A DNA stretch of 64,000 nt. Origin: an uncultured Actinomycetes bacterium (GTDB lineage: Bacteria > Actinomycetota > Thermoleophilia > UBA2241). Of this stretch, positions 51,799 through 63,235 are shown piece after piece (position 1 is the first letter of the stretch; the number at the start of each line of letters is the position of its first letter). The DNA lies in assembly GCA_963725665.1 (NCBI GenBank), contig CAVRZA010000003.1, forward strand, positions 160,001-224,000. The letters run 5' to 3'. Made by a program: the position numbers and the translations under genes. The notes under the pieces were generated by a model. It was not told the origin of the DNA. It made no database searches and saw only the letters and a program-made list of their open reading frames with translations.

Positions 51799-51848
51799 GG
51801 GACGGCGAGGCACAGGAGCGGCGGCGAGCCGGGAGCAGAGGACCTGTA

Positions 51849-53693
51849 GTGCGAGCGAGACGAGTCAGGATCACCGACACCACGCTCCGCGATGCGCACC
51901 AGTCGCTGTGGGCGACGCGCATGCGCACATCGGAGATGATCCCCATCCTCGAGACCATCGACGAGGTGGGCTTCCACTCGGTGGAGTGCTGGGGCGGCGC
52001 CACCTTCGACGCCTGCCTGCGCTACCTCGACGAGGACCCCTGGGAGCGCTTGCGCGTCATCCGTAGGCACATCTCGCGGACGCCGCTCCAGATGCTCCTG
52101 CGCGGGCAGAATCTTGTCGGCTACCGCCACTACGGCGACGATATCGTGCGCCGCTTCGTCTACAAGGCCGCCGAGAACGGCATCGACATCTTCCGCGTCT
52201 TCGACGCGCTGAACGACATCCGCAACCACGAGGTGGCGGCCCAGGCCATCAAGGAGACGGGCAAGCACTACCAGGCGGCGGTCGTCTACACCATCTCTCC
52301 CGTGCACTCGCTCGACCACTACGTCGAGGTCGCTCACCAGCTCGTCGACATGGGCGCCGACTCGGTCTGCATCAAGGACATGGCCGCCCTGCTCAGTCCG
52401 TTCTACGCCGAGCAGCTCATCACGCGACTCAAGGCCGAGATCAACGTGCCCCTCCAGCTCCACTGCCACTACATCGGCGGCCTGGCCCCGATGACGTACT
52501 TGAAGGGCATCGAAGCTGGCGTCGACGTGATCGACACGGCGTCGACCCCGCTCGCCTTCGGCAACTCGCAGCCGGCTACGGAGATGGTCGTCACCTCGCT
52601 CATCGGCACGCCGTACGACACGGAGCTCGACCTCGACAAGCTGTTCGAGGTCGCGAAGTACTTCGACAGGGTGCGCCAGGACGACGGCTTCACGCGCGGA
52701 GTGACCTCACTCACGCACATGCAGGTCTACTCGCACCAGGTCCCCGGCGGCATGATCTCGAACCTCGAGAGCCAGCTGCGCGAGCAGGGCGCGCTCGACC
52801 GTCTGACCGAAGTGCTCGAGGAGATCCCCATCGTGCGTGCCGAGGTGGGCTTCCCGCCCCTGGTCACGCCCATGTCGCAGATCGTCGGCACCCAGGCGGT
52901 CCTCAACGTGCTCTCCGGCAAGCGCTGGCACATCGTCCCCGACGAGATGAAGGCGTACTTGCGGGGGCGCTACGGCAGCGCCCCGGGGCCGCTGTCGCCC
53001 GAGATCGTCGAAAGGGTCCTCGGCGACGAGCAGCCGATACACGTGCGCCCCGGAGCGCTCATCACCGAGACCCTCGAAGGCTACGCCCTCGAGATCGGGG
53101 ATCTGGCACGCTCGGAGGAGGATGTGCTCAGCTACGCCCTCTTTCCGCAGACGGCGCGCACCTATCTCGAGAAGCACCACCTGGGACCCGAATCGGACGT
53201 CTTCGGCACGCATGAGGTGCACTACCTGACCTCGCAGATCCAGACGGCCGTGAGCTCCGGCGCCGAGGACCGCGTGCGCCAGATCCTCTCGATGGTCGAG
53301 GCGAGCAGCGTCGACGAGGTGGTCATCGAGGAGGGCGACCTACGAGTGACGGTGAAGAAGGCCACGCCCGAGGCGCCGCCGGCGGGCGCCGCTTCGTCGT
53401 CGGCAGTGCCCGTGTCTGGGACGGCTGCGCCGTCGGCCGACGACTCGAACGGCTACCATGCGGTACGCTCCCCGATGGTGGCCACCTTCTACCGCTCGCC
53501 TTCACCGTCGGCGCCTCCGTTCGTCGAGGTCGGCGACACCGTGGTGGTGGGGCAGACGCTGTGCATCCTCGAAGCCATGAAGCTCATGAACGAGCTGAGC
53601 GCCGAGGTCGAGGGCGTGATCCGCGAGATCGCCGTCGAGAACGGCCAGCCGGTCGAGTACGGGCAGGTCCTGCTCACCATCGAACCGCTCTGA
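51849..53693 (+). CDS. Pyruvate carboxylase subunit B / oxaloacetate decarboxylase alpha-type carboxyltransferase fused to an AccB-like biotin carrier
   Basis: [37 protein letters not shown]; then [24 protein letters not shown]. Confidence 0.9.
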   Translation: MRARRVRITDTTLRDAHQSLWATRMRTSEMIPILETIDEVGFHSVECWGGATFDACLRYLDEDPWERLRVIRRHISRTPLQMLLRGQNLVGYRHYGDDIVRRFVYKAAENGIDIFRVFDALNDIRNHEVAAQAIKETGKHYQAAVVYTISPVHSLDHYVEVAHQLVDMGADSVCIKDMAALLSPFYAEQLITRLKAEINVPLQLHCHYIGGLAPMTYLKGIEAGVDVIDTASTPLAFGNSQPATEMVVTSLIGTPYDTELDLDKLFEVAKYFDRVRQDDGFTRGVTSLTHMQVYSHQVPGGMISNLESQLREQGALDRLTEVLEEIPIVRAEVGFPPLVTPMSQIVGTQAVLNVLSGKRWHIVPDEMKAYLRGRYGSAPGPLSPEIVERVLGDEQPIHVRPGALITETLEGYALEIGDLARSEEDVLSYALFPQTARTYLEKHHLGPESDVFGTHEVHYLTSQIQTAVSSGAEDRVRQILSMVEASSVDEVVIEEGDLRVTVKKATPEAPPAGAASSSAVPVSGTAAPSADDSNGYHAVRSPMVATFYRSPSPSAPPFVEVGDTVVVGQTLCILEAMKLMNELSAEVEGVIREIAVENGQPVEYGQVLLTIEPL

Positions 53694-53712
53694 CGGCGGG
53701 GATCGCGAAGCT

Positions 53713-54135
53713 GTGACGACCGCGCGTCCCAGCCGCAAGCAAGCCCGGCGGGACGCCCTCTTTGTGCTCTACCAGCTCGAGGTGACGCCGCTCCCGGTGC
53801 GGACGCTGCTCGACAACGTGAAGCTCAGCGAAGGCTACGAGGCCGACGAGTTCACCCGAGGCCTCGTCGAGGGGGTGCTGGCCCAGCGGGAGGAGCTCGA
53901 CGCCGTCCTCGAGAGTCACAGTCGCGACTGGTCGCTGGCGCGCATGGCGCCGCTGGAGCGCAACGTCCTGCGCCTGGCGCTCTATGAGCTGCGCAGCGGC
54001 GTCACGCCGCCCGAGGTGGCCATCGACGAAGCCGTGCGGCTGGCCAAGCGTTATGCGACCGACGAGGCGGGGGCGCTGGTGAACGGCATCCTCGGCGGCG
54101 TCGCGCGCGAAGAGGCAGAAGGGCCGAGGGAGTGA
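53713..54135 (+). CDS. nusB: Transcription antitermination factor NusB
   Basis: R..AR..A...LYQ, W...R, LRLALYEL, IDEAV.LAKRY, VNGILG. Confidence 0.94.
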   Translation: MTTARPSRKQARRDALFVLYQLEVTPLPVRTLLDNVKLSEGYEADEFTRGLVEGVLAQREELDAVLESHSRDWSLARMAPLERNVLRLALYELRSGVTPPEVAIDEAVRLAKRYATDEAGALVNGILGGVAREEAEGPRE

Positions 54136-54143
54136 GGCGCGGA

Positions 54144-54335
54144 GTGAGCGAGCGGCAGACGAGAGCCGAGGCGCTCGCTCGCGTGCGCGAGATCGCCCAA
54201 CAGCTGCGCGAGCTCGAGGCGCGAGCGGCGGCGGCTTCGTCCGCCGAGGTCGAGCTGAGCCTGCTCGAGCGAGCCGCCGAGCTCGCCGACGAGGCGGCGC
54301 GCCTGCTCGAGGGAGCCGCGGGAGGGCCTTCGTGA
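54144..54335 (+). CDS. Small helical protein in the xseB position
   Basis: Follows nusB and overlaps ispA by GTGA; EAL.R.REI..L..SL.E.A.EL pattern loosely like XseB; alternative start 54132. Confidence 0.5.
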   Translation: MSERQTRAEALARVREIAQQLRELEARAAAASSAEVELSLLERAAELADEAARLLEGAAGGPS

Positions 54336-55267
54336 GCGACATCGCCGAGCCGGCGGACGGCAAGCGGGAGAGCCACGACTCGCAGGCCGAGGGGGAGCCC
54401 GCCTACCCCGAGGCGCTACGTGGCCTGGTCGAGCGCTACCTGCAGACGGTCGACTTCGCGGCGGTGGGGCGCGCCGGGCGGCTGGTCGAGGCCATGCGCT
54501 ACTCGCTGCTTGCGGGCGGCAAACGAATCCGGCCGGTGCTCACGCTGGCGGTCGGCGAGAGCCTCGACCGGCCGCCCGAGCGCCTACTGCCCACGGCGGC
54601 CGCCCTCGAGCTCATCCACACCTACTCGCTGATCCACGACGATCTGCCGGCCATAGACGACGACGAGCTGCGTCGCGGCGTGCCCACCTGTCACGTGGTC
54701 TACGGCGAGGATATCGCCATCCTCGCCGGCGACGGTCTCTTCGCCGAGGCCTTCCGGCTGATCATCGAGCGCCAGGCCGCGCCAGTGGAGACCGTGCTCG
54801 CCGTGCTGGGCGAGATCGTACGTGCAACGGGTGTGCAGGGCATGGTCGGCGGCCAGTACATGGACGTCACGGCCGAAGCGGGGCGCGACGACGACTTGCG
54901 TCTGCTGCACACGCTCAAGACGGGCCGGCTCATCGAAGCGGCTGTGGTGGCCGGCGCGCTCCTCTCGGAGGTCGACGCCGGGGAGTCGCTGGCGCCGTAC
55001 CGCGGCTTCGCGCGCGAGATCGGGCTGCTCTTCCAGATCGTCGACGACATCCTCGACGTGAAAGGCGAGGACGAGGCTCTGGGCAAACCGACCGGCTCCG
55101 ACGAGCGCCTGGCGAAGCTGACCTATGTGTCGCGTCACGGCGTCGAGGGCGCGCAGGCGCTCGCCGGCGAGTGCTACGCGCGCGCCGACGAGCGCCTGCG
55201 CGCCCTCCCGGGGCGCACCGACAGCCTCGCTGCCGTCACCGAGTACATCTACCGGCGCGAGCGCTGA
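54332..55267 (+). CDS. ispA: Polyprenyl (farnesyl) diphosphate synthase
   Basis: GGKRIRP, HTYSLIHDDLP.ID.D.LRRG, GQ..D, FQIVDDILD. Confidence 0.94.
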   Translation: MSDIAEPADGKRESHDSQAEGEPAYPEALRGLVERYLQTVDFAAVGRAGRLVEAMRYSLLAGGKRIRPVLTLAVGESLDRPPERLLPTAAALELIHTYSLIHDDLPAIDDDELRRGVPTCHVVYGEDIAILAGDGLFAEAFRLIIERQAAPVETVLAVLGEIVRATGVQGMVGGQYMDVTAEAGRDDDLRLLHTLKTGRLIEAAVVAGALLSEVDAGESLAPYRGFAREIGLLFQIVDDILDVKGEDEALGKPTGSDERLAKLTYVSRHGVEGAQALAGECYARADERLRALPGRTDSLAAVTEYIYRRER

Positions 55268-55332
55268 GAGCTGCGCCGCCGGACGCAGGGCGGCCGCCGG
55301 CCGTCGCGGTCGGCGACCATCTCTCGTTAGGC

Positions 55333-55764
55333 TCAATCGGCGGCGGTGAACGTCAGCGAGTCCTTGCCGTCGGCGTCCTTGAGCACCAGCGTGTCGCCCC
55401 TGACCGCATAGGATCTGGCCGCTTCGAGGCGGCGCACATAGGCCTGTTCGGCCTTCATCGCCGCCTCCGATCCGGCCATCATGGTGCTGGCGATCGGCCC
55501 CGCCGTGAAGGCGCCGCTGCCGTCGCGCTCGTAGGGTCCGGAGTAGCTGTTGACACCGCTGTTGCCCGAGACCGTGGATGCGTCGAACGCGGCGCTGATC
55601 GTGACGTCCGCCGGCCACGAGAAGCTCTCCGACCACCCCGTGAGCTTCCAGCTCGTGCCCTTCAACGCCGCCTGCTCCTCTTTCGAGCACGCGGAGACGA
55701 CGATCATCGCGATCACCGCCGTGGCCACGCAGGTCGCGAGAACGACGGTCCTATTCGTATTCAT
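55333..55764 (-). CDS. META-domain (HslJ-like) lipoprotein
   Basis: Lipobox VSAC, L.GT.W.L, SG.SG.N.Y.G.Y, IASTMMA, E..Y...L. Confidence 0.82.
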   Translation of the reverse strand: MNTNRTVVLATCVATAVIAMIVVSACSKEEQAALKGTSWKLTGWSESFSWPADVTISAAFDASTVSGNSGVNSYSGPYERDGSGAFTAGPIASTMMAGSEAAMKAEQAYVRRLEAARSYAVRGDTLVLKDADGKDSLTFTAAD

Positions 55765-55823
55765 GCATCCCCCTGTCGTTTGCACCTGCCGCCACGGCCC
55801 GCCAACGGGCCGGCGAGACCCGA

Positions 55824-55832
55824 TGCTATACT
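55824..55832 (+). promoter_or_regulatory. Extended -10 promoter giving a near-leaderless dxs mRNA
   Basis: TGCTATACT 9 nt before the ATG, no SD. Confidence 0.55.
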
Positions 55833-55841
55833 CCCCCGAGC

Positions 55842-57722
55842 ATGAGCGTCCTGCCTACGATCTCCTCGCCGCGCGATCTGCACCGCCTCTCGGAGCGCGA
55901 GCTCGCTCTGCTCTGTGACGAGATCCGCGAGCTCATCGTCTCGTGCGTCAGCGAGACGGGCGGTCACCTCGCCGCGAGCCTGGGGGTCGTCGAGCTCACC
56001 GTCGCCCTGCACAGCGTCCTGGAAAGCCCTCGCGACAAGATCGTCTGGGATGTGGGGCACCAGACCTACGCCCACAAGATCCTCACCGGGCGTGCCGAGC
56101 AGTTCCACACCATCCGCCAGCACGGGGGCCTGTCCGGCTTCCCGTCCCGGCGGGAGTCCGAACACGACATCGTCGGCACCGGTCACGCCTCGACGTCGAT
56201 AGCCTACGGGCTGGGCATCGTCGAGGCTGCGAGGCTGGCCCGGGAACGCCGCGGGCACGTCGTATGCGTGCTCGGAGACGGGGCGCTGACGGGCGGCGTC
56301 GCCTTCGAGGCGCTGAACCAGGCCGGCCACCTAAAGACGCCGCTCGTCGTGGTGCTCAACGACAACGAGATGTCGATCAAGCCCAACGTCGGCGCCATGC
56401 AGCTCTATCTCAACCGGCTGCGCCTCGACCCGGCTCTGACGAAGATCCGCGAGGAGATGGAACGCAGCATCGCGCGTCTGCCGGCCATCGGCGCGCGCGC
56501 CTACAGTCTCGGCAAGGACGTCAAGGAGAGCATGAAAGCGCTCATCGTCCCGGGCATGCTCTTCGAGGAAATGGGCTTCGCCTACATCGGGGTCGTCGAC
56601 GGACACGACCTGCGCGCGCTGCGTGAGAGCATCCGGCAGGCGATCGACACCGAGCGTCCGGTGCTGGTGCACGTCAAGACGGTCAAAGGTAAGGGCTACA
56701 GTCCGGCCGAACGGCGTCCGAGCGAGTTCCACGGCACGGGACCCTTCTTCGTGGGCAACGGTGAGACGAAGAGCCGCGATGCCGGCACCACCTACACGCA
56801 GGCCTTCGGAGAGGCTCTGCTGCGCGAGGCGCGCGAGGATGTGCGTATCGTCGCCATCACGGCGGCCATGGCACAGGGCACAGGGCTCGACCGGTTCGAG
56901 GCCGAGCTCCCGGATCGTTTCTACGACGTCGGCATCGCCGAGGAGCACGCCGTCGTCTTCGCCGGCGGTCTCGCCTTGGCCGGTATGAAGCCGGTCGTCG
57001 CCGTCTACTCCACGTTCCTGCAGCGCGCCTTCGACATGCTGATCCAGGACGTCGGCCTGCAAGGTCTGCCGGTGGTCTTCGCCGTCGACCGCGCCGGGCT
57101 GGTAGGAGACGACGGACCGACGCACCACGGCGCCTTCGACCTCTCCTACCTGCGTCTCGTCCCCGGTCTCGTCGTCATGGCCCCTTCGAGCCAGGTCGAG
57201 CTACAGCACATGCTGCACACGGCGCTGAGGATCGGTCGTCCCGTCGCGCTGCGCTACCCGCGCGGCCTGGCGGCGCCTTTCAGCGTGCCGGCGCGACTCC
57301 AGACTCTTCCCGTCGGCAAGGCCAACGTGCTCGAGGCGGGCTCCGGCGTCGCCCTGCTCGGCATCGGCACCGGCGTCGATATCGCAAGCCGCGCTGCGCT
57401 CCTGTTGCGCGAGGCAGGAGTGACCCCCACCGTCGTCGACGCGCGTTTCGTGAAACCGCTCGACGGTGAGCTGCTGAACGATCTCGCCCAGACCCACGAC
57501 CGCATCGTGACGATCGAGGAGAACAGCCTGGTCGGGGGCTTCGGGAGCGCGGTCGCCGAGCATCTCGCACAGACTCCCGTGAGCGTGGCCCGCTTCGGAT
57601 TGCCCGACCACTTCGTGCGTCACGGCGACCGCGACCTCCTGCTGGCCGAGGTCGGCCTCACGCCGGAGGCCGTCGTCGCTAGCATCCTCGAGCGGCGGCC
57701 GGGCTACGCGCACGTCCCCTGA
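55842..57722 (+). CDS. dxs: 1-deoxy-D-xylulose-5-phosphate synthase
   Basis: GGHLA.SLG, WDVGHQ.Y.HK, GDGALTGG, DN.MSI, IAEEHAV, DGPTHHG. Confidence 0.97.
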   Translation: MSVLPTISSPRDLHRLSERELALLCDEIRELIVSCVSETGGHLAASLGVVELTVALHSVLESPRDKIVWDVGHQTYAHKILTGRAEQFHTIRQHGGLSGFPSRRESEHDIVGTGHASTSIAYGLGIVEAARLARERRGHVVCVLGDGALTGGVAFEALNQAGHLKTPLVVVLNDNEMSIKPNVGAMQLYLNRLRLDPALTKIREEMERSIARLPAIGARAYSLGKDVKESMKALIVPGMLFEEMGFAYIGVVDGHDLRALRESIRQAIDTERPVLVHVKTVKGKGYSPAERRPSEFHGTGPFFVGNGETKSRDAGTTYTQAFGEALLREAREDVRIVAITAAMAQGTGLDRFEAELPDRFYDVGIAEEHAVVFAGGLALAGMKPVVAVYSTFLQRAFDMLIQDVGLQGLPVVFAVDRAGLVGDDGPTHHGAFDLSYLRLVPGLVVMAPSSQVELQHMLHTALRIGRPVALRYPRGLAAPFSVPARLQTLPVGKANVLEAGSGVALLGIGTGVDIASRAALLLREAGVTPTVVDARFVKPLDGELLNDLAQTHDRIVTIEENSLVGGFGSAVAEHLAQTPVSVARFGLPDHFVRHGDRDLLLAEVGLTPEAVVASILERRPGYAHVP

Positions 57723-57725
57723 CCT

Positions 57726-58526
57726 GTGCGCCGCCGGCTCGACGTGGTGCTCGTCGACCGCGGACTTCTGCCGACCCGCGCCCAGGCGCGCGCGGCGATC
57801 CTCGCCGGCGAGGTGACGGTCGGCGGCGCGGTCGTCGACAAGCCGGGGTCGCTCGTCGACGACCGCGCGGCCGTGTCGCTGGCCGAGCGGCCACGCTGGG
57901 TATCGCGTGGCGGCGAGAAGCTGGACTACGCCCTGCGCGCGCTCGACATCGACGTCGCCGGCGAGGACGCCTGCGACCTAGGGAGCTCCACGGGAGGGTT
58001 CGTCGACCGGCTGCTCGCCGGTGGGGTGCGCTCGGTCTGCGCCGTGGACGTGGGCTACGGACAGCTCGACTGGGCTCTGCGCAACGACCCGCGCGTGACC
58101 GTGCTCGAGCGCACCAACGCGCGCGACCTGACGCCTGATCGTCTCCCTGTGGCGCCGTCGTTCGTCACCGCCGACGTCTCGTTCATCTCCCTGACCCTGG
58201 CTCTGGGCCCTGTGCTAGAATGCGCCCGCGACGGCGCCCGCGGCCTCGTGCTCGTCAAGCCGCAGTTCGAGGCGGGCCGCGGGCAGGTCGGCAAAGGCGG
58301 CGTCGTGCGCGACCCGGTGGTGCACCGCGAGGTGCTGCTCCGGGTCGCGACGTGGCTCGAGGAGCGTGGCTGGGCCGTCGTCGGCCTGTGCGACTCGGGG
58401 CTGCCAGGACCCAAGGGGAACGTGGAGTACTTCATCTACTTCTGCGATGCGCGCTCGCCCGTCGCCGGCGCTCGCCTCTCACTCGACGACGCCGTGCGAC
58501 GCGCCGTCGAGGCGGCTCATGGCTGA
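57726..58526 (+). CDS. tlyA: TlyA-family rRNA 2'-O-methyltransferase
   Basis: RLD..L..RGL, VSRGG.KL, STGGF, DVSFISL, VKPQFEAG, G..GN.E. Confidence 0.94.
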   Translation: MRRRLDVVLVDRGLLPTRAQARAAILAGEVTVGGAVVDKPGSLVDDRAAVSLAERPRWVSRGGEKLDYALRALDIDVAGEDACDLGSSTGGFVDRLLAGGVRSVCAVDVGYGQLDWALRNDPRVTVLERTNARDLTPDRLPVAPSFVTADVSFISLTLALGPVLECARDGARGLVLVKPQFEAGRGQVGKGGVVRDPVVHREVLLRVATWLEERGWAVVGLCDSGLPGPKGNVEYFIYFCDARSPVAGARLSLDDAVRRAVEAAHG

Positions 58527-59395
58527 GCCGCCGCTGCGGCGCGTCGCCGTCCTCACCAAGGGCTACGCGCCGGCGACCGCTGCCGTTCTGCGAGAGCTGG
58601 GCGCGGCCGGGCGGGAGTGGGGCGTCGAGCTCTCGCTGCCCGAGCACGAGTGGACCAAGCATGAGATGGGCGACGCACGAGGGCTTCGCGCGCGTCGCCG
58701 ACGACGAGATCGCCGCTGCCGACGCCTGCCTCGTGCTCGGCGGCGACGGCACGGTCTTGCGCGCCTTGGGACGTCTCATGGGCAGCGGCGTGCCCACCGT
58801 GGGTGTCAACTTCGGCCAGGTCGGGTTCCTCGCCGCGCTCAAGAAGGAGACGTGGCGCGAGGAGCTGCCGCCTATCCTCGCCGGCCACTATCGCGTCATC
58901 GACTTGACGACGCTCGAGGCACGGCATGAAGGGCAGCGTTTCCAGGCGGTCAACGATGTGGTCCTCTCGCGCGTCACGCCGCGCCACGTGCTGCAGTTGA
59001 GCTACGAGGTCTCCGGGATCCATGTGGGCGAGATGCTGTGCGACGGCATGATCGTCGCCTCGCCGGCCGGCTCGACCGCCTACAACCTCTCCTGCGACGG
59101 GCCGCTGGTGGTCTGGGACGCCAACGTGCTCGTGCTGAACTTCATCGCCCCGCACTCGCTCGGCTTCAGGCCCCTGGTGTTGCGCCCCGACCACGTCGTG
59201 CGGGTGCGCAACGTGTCGCCCCACGACGAGGCCGAGATCATCGTCGACGGCGCCATCGTCGACCGCGTCTGCTGCGGCCACAGCGTCGAGATGACCACGG
59301 CAGAGCCCCGCGCCCGCCTGCTCATCAAGGAGGGCGGCTCGTTCTACGGCAACGTCGAGGAGAAGCTCTTCAACCGCTCGCGCTACGCGCTCTAG
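58519..59395 (+). CDS. nadK: NAD kinase; one frameshift near 58670
   Basis: GGDGT.L, G.N.G..GFL, ND, DG.IV.SP.GSTAYNLS; N-terminus in another frame. Confidence 0.88.
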
Positions 59396-59399
59396 AGGC

Positions 59400-61154
59400 A
59401 TGCTCGCCGAGCTCGCCATCGACGACCTCGTCCTCATCGCCGAGGCGCGGCTCGCCCTCTCGCCCGGCCTCAACGTGATCACCGGCGAGACCGGCGCCGG
59501 CAAGTCGCTGCTGGCGCAGGCCATCGGCCTGCTGCTCGGCGACAGGGCCGACGAGAGCCTCGTCCGTCAAGGCGCCAGCCGGGCCCTGGTGCAGGCTGTG
59601 TTCGAATCGGGCGCGGGGTCGCGCACAGGGAGGGGCGCGGGTGCCCCGCGCGAGCTGGCGGTATCGCGCCAGGTGCCGCGCGAGGGCCGTTCGCGCGTGT
59701 ACGTCGACGGCGTGGTGTCGTCGGCCGCGGCCGTCGAGACGGCCCTGCGCGATCGCGTCGCGTTCTACGGCCAGCTCGAGCACGCCAAGCTGCTGCAGCT
59801 CGACCGCCAGCTCGACCTGCTCGACGCCGCCGCGCCCGTCAGCATCGGACCGCTGCTGGCGTCGTACGGCGAGACGTACGCGGCTGCGCAGCGCCTCGAG
59901 CACGAGCTCGAGGCGCTGCGCAGCCGCGACCGCGACCGCGACCGTGAGCTCGACCTGCTGCGCTTCCAGATCGGCGAGCTCGAGGCGGCGGCGCTCGAAC
60001 CGGGCGAGGACGACCGCGTGGCGCAGGAGCGTGAGCGTCTGCGCCACGCCGAGAAGTTGCTCGAGCGGGTGTCGGGAGCCCTGCGGTTGCTGTCGGCGGG
60101 CGACGAGGGCGGCGCCGTCGACGGCCTGCGCGTGGCCGAGCGTCTGGTGAGCGAGGCGGCCGGCCACGACCAGGCGCTCGCCGAGGTGGCCGGCCGCCTG
60201 GCGTCGCTGAGCGCCGAGGCCGACGACGCCCTGAGTGCACTGCAGGCGTACCTGGAAGGACTCGACCTCGATCCCGCGCATCGCGACGCGGTGGAGCTGC
60301 GCTACGACACGCTGCAGGCTCTGAAGCGCAAGTACAGACTCGCTACAAGCGATGAGCTCCTCGCCTACGTCGACGAGGACCGGCAGCGACTGGCGGCGCT
60401 CGAGACGGCGGAGCACGACGAGGGCGAGCTGACGAAGTCCCTCGCGCAGGCTCGCGCGGCCGCGGTCGCCGCGGCGACGGAGCTGAGCGCTGCGCGAGCC
60501 GCCGCAGCTCCCGGCTTCGCCGCCGCGGTCGAGGAGGAGCTGCGCGAGCTCGCCATGCCGCATGCACGCTTCGAGGTCAAGCTGGTGCCGCGTGGGCCCA
60601 AGGCAGGAGGCGATGGCGACGACGCAGCCGGCGCGGGCGACGTGGCCGACGACGCAGCCGGCGCGGCCGGCGCCGACCTCGGTCCCCACGGCGCCGAGGA
60701 GGCCGAGTTCCTCTTCTCGGCCAACCCGGGCGTCCCGCTGCGTCCGCTACGCGACACGGCCTCGGGTGGTGAGCTCTCGCGCGCCATGCTGGCCATCAGA
60801 AGCACGGTGACGCTGGGCAACGACGTCGAGACGCTGATCTTCGACGAGGTCGACACCGGTATCGGGGGTGTGACGGCGAGCGCGCTCGGCGAACGCCTCG
60901 CGCGCCTCGCCGCCGCCACGCAGATCGTCTGCATCACCCATCTGCCCCAGCTCGTGGCGTTCGCCGATCGCCACTTCGCCATCACCAAGGTCACGGACGC
61001 CGAGGCCGGCATCACCCAGACCGTGGTCCAGGAGGTCGAGGGAGAGGCGCGCATCGCGGAGCTGTGTCGGATGCTCGGGGCGTCCCCCGACGACGAGGCG
61101 GCTCGCAGCCACGCTCTGGCCCTCCTCGACAGGGCCCGGCAGACGACCTCCTGA
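59400..61154 (+). CDS. recN: DNA repair protein RecN
   Basis: ITGETGAGKS, SANPG, ASGGELSR, FDEVDTGIGG, ITHLPQ. Confidence 0.95.
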   Translation: MLAELAIDDLVLIAEARLALSPGLNVITGETGAGKSLLAQAIGLLLGDRADESLVRQGASRALVQAVFESGAGSRTGRGAGAPRELAVSRQVPREGRSRVYVDGVVSSAAAVETALRDRVAFYGQLEHAKLLQLDRQLDLLDAAAPVSIGPLLASYGETYAAAQRLEHELEALRSRDRDRDRELDLLRFQIGELEAAALEPGEDDRVAQERERLRHAEKLLERVSGALRLLSAGDEGGAVDGLRVAERLVSEAAGHDQALAEVAGRLASLSAEADDALSALQAYLEGLDLDPAHRDAVELRYDTLQALKRKYRLATSDELLAYVDEDRQRLAALETAEHDEGELTKSLAQARAAAVAAATELSAARAAAAPGFAAAVEEELRELAMPHARFEVKLVPRGPKAGGDGDDAAGAGDVADDAAGAAGADLGPHGAEEAEFLFSANPGVPLRPLRDTASGGELSRAMLAIRSTVTLGNDVETLIFDEVDTGIGGVTASALGERLARLAAATQIVCITHLPQLVAFADRHFAITKVTDAEAGITQTVVQEVEGEARIAELCRMLGASPDDEAARSHALALLDRARQTTS

Positions 61155-61258
61155 CCGTCTCTCACTCGCTCGTCTGGTACTGTGCGAGGCTCCGTCTTCT
61201 CCTGCGGTGTCGGCGTTCACATCCGGCGGCGACGCCTTGCGTCGGCCGCCGGGCCCTC

Positions 61259-61267
61259 TGCTATACT
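61259..61267 (+). promoter_or_regulatory. Extended -10 promoter of pyrG
   Basis: TGCTATACT about 240 nt upstream of pyrG. Confidence 0.55.
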
Positions 61268-61495
61268 CACTCCCCGAAGTGAAGTCGGGGACGATCGGGC
61301 ATAGTGGCGCGCCGGTCCGTTGTGGGTTGACGGGCGCGGCCCCGGCCCCTGCTGGCCGGTCTGAGACTCCCTCGCGACCCTCCCCCAGTCTTGCCGTTGG
61401 CGTGCGCCGTGCTGAATGCACGTCCGCCGCGTCGGTGGCGTGTCGACGCGCGTGGGCTCGTCACGACCATGGGCAGGCCCCGCTGATCACGATGA

Positions 61496-63148
<1,653 letters not shown>

Positions 63149-63235
63149 GCGCGGTCGGAACGACCACAGGCGGCGCGGGCGTTCCGTCCGAGCCGGTGAC
63201 CCGGCGGCCGAGCGGCTGGGTGAAGGACGGCCGCG

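Noticed and set aside
60617-60666. 20-bp direct repeat in recN, and the similar acidic tail in hisS
   Set aside because: Short in-frame low-complexity loop expansions with no sign of mobility
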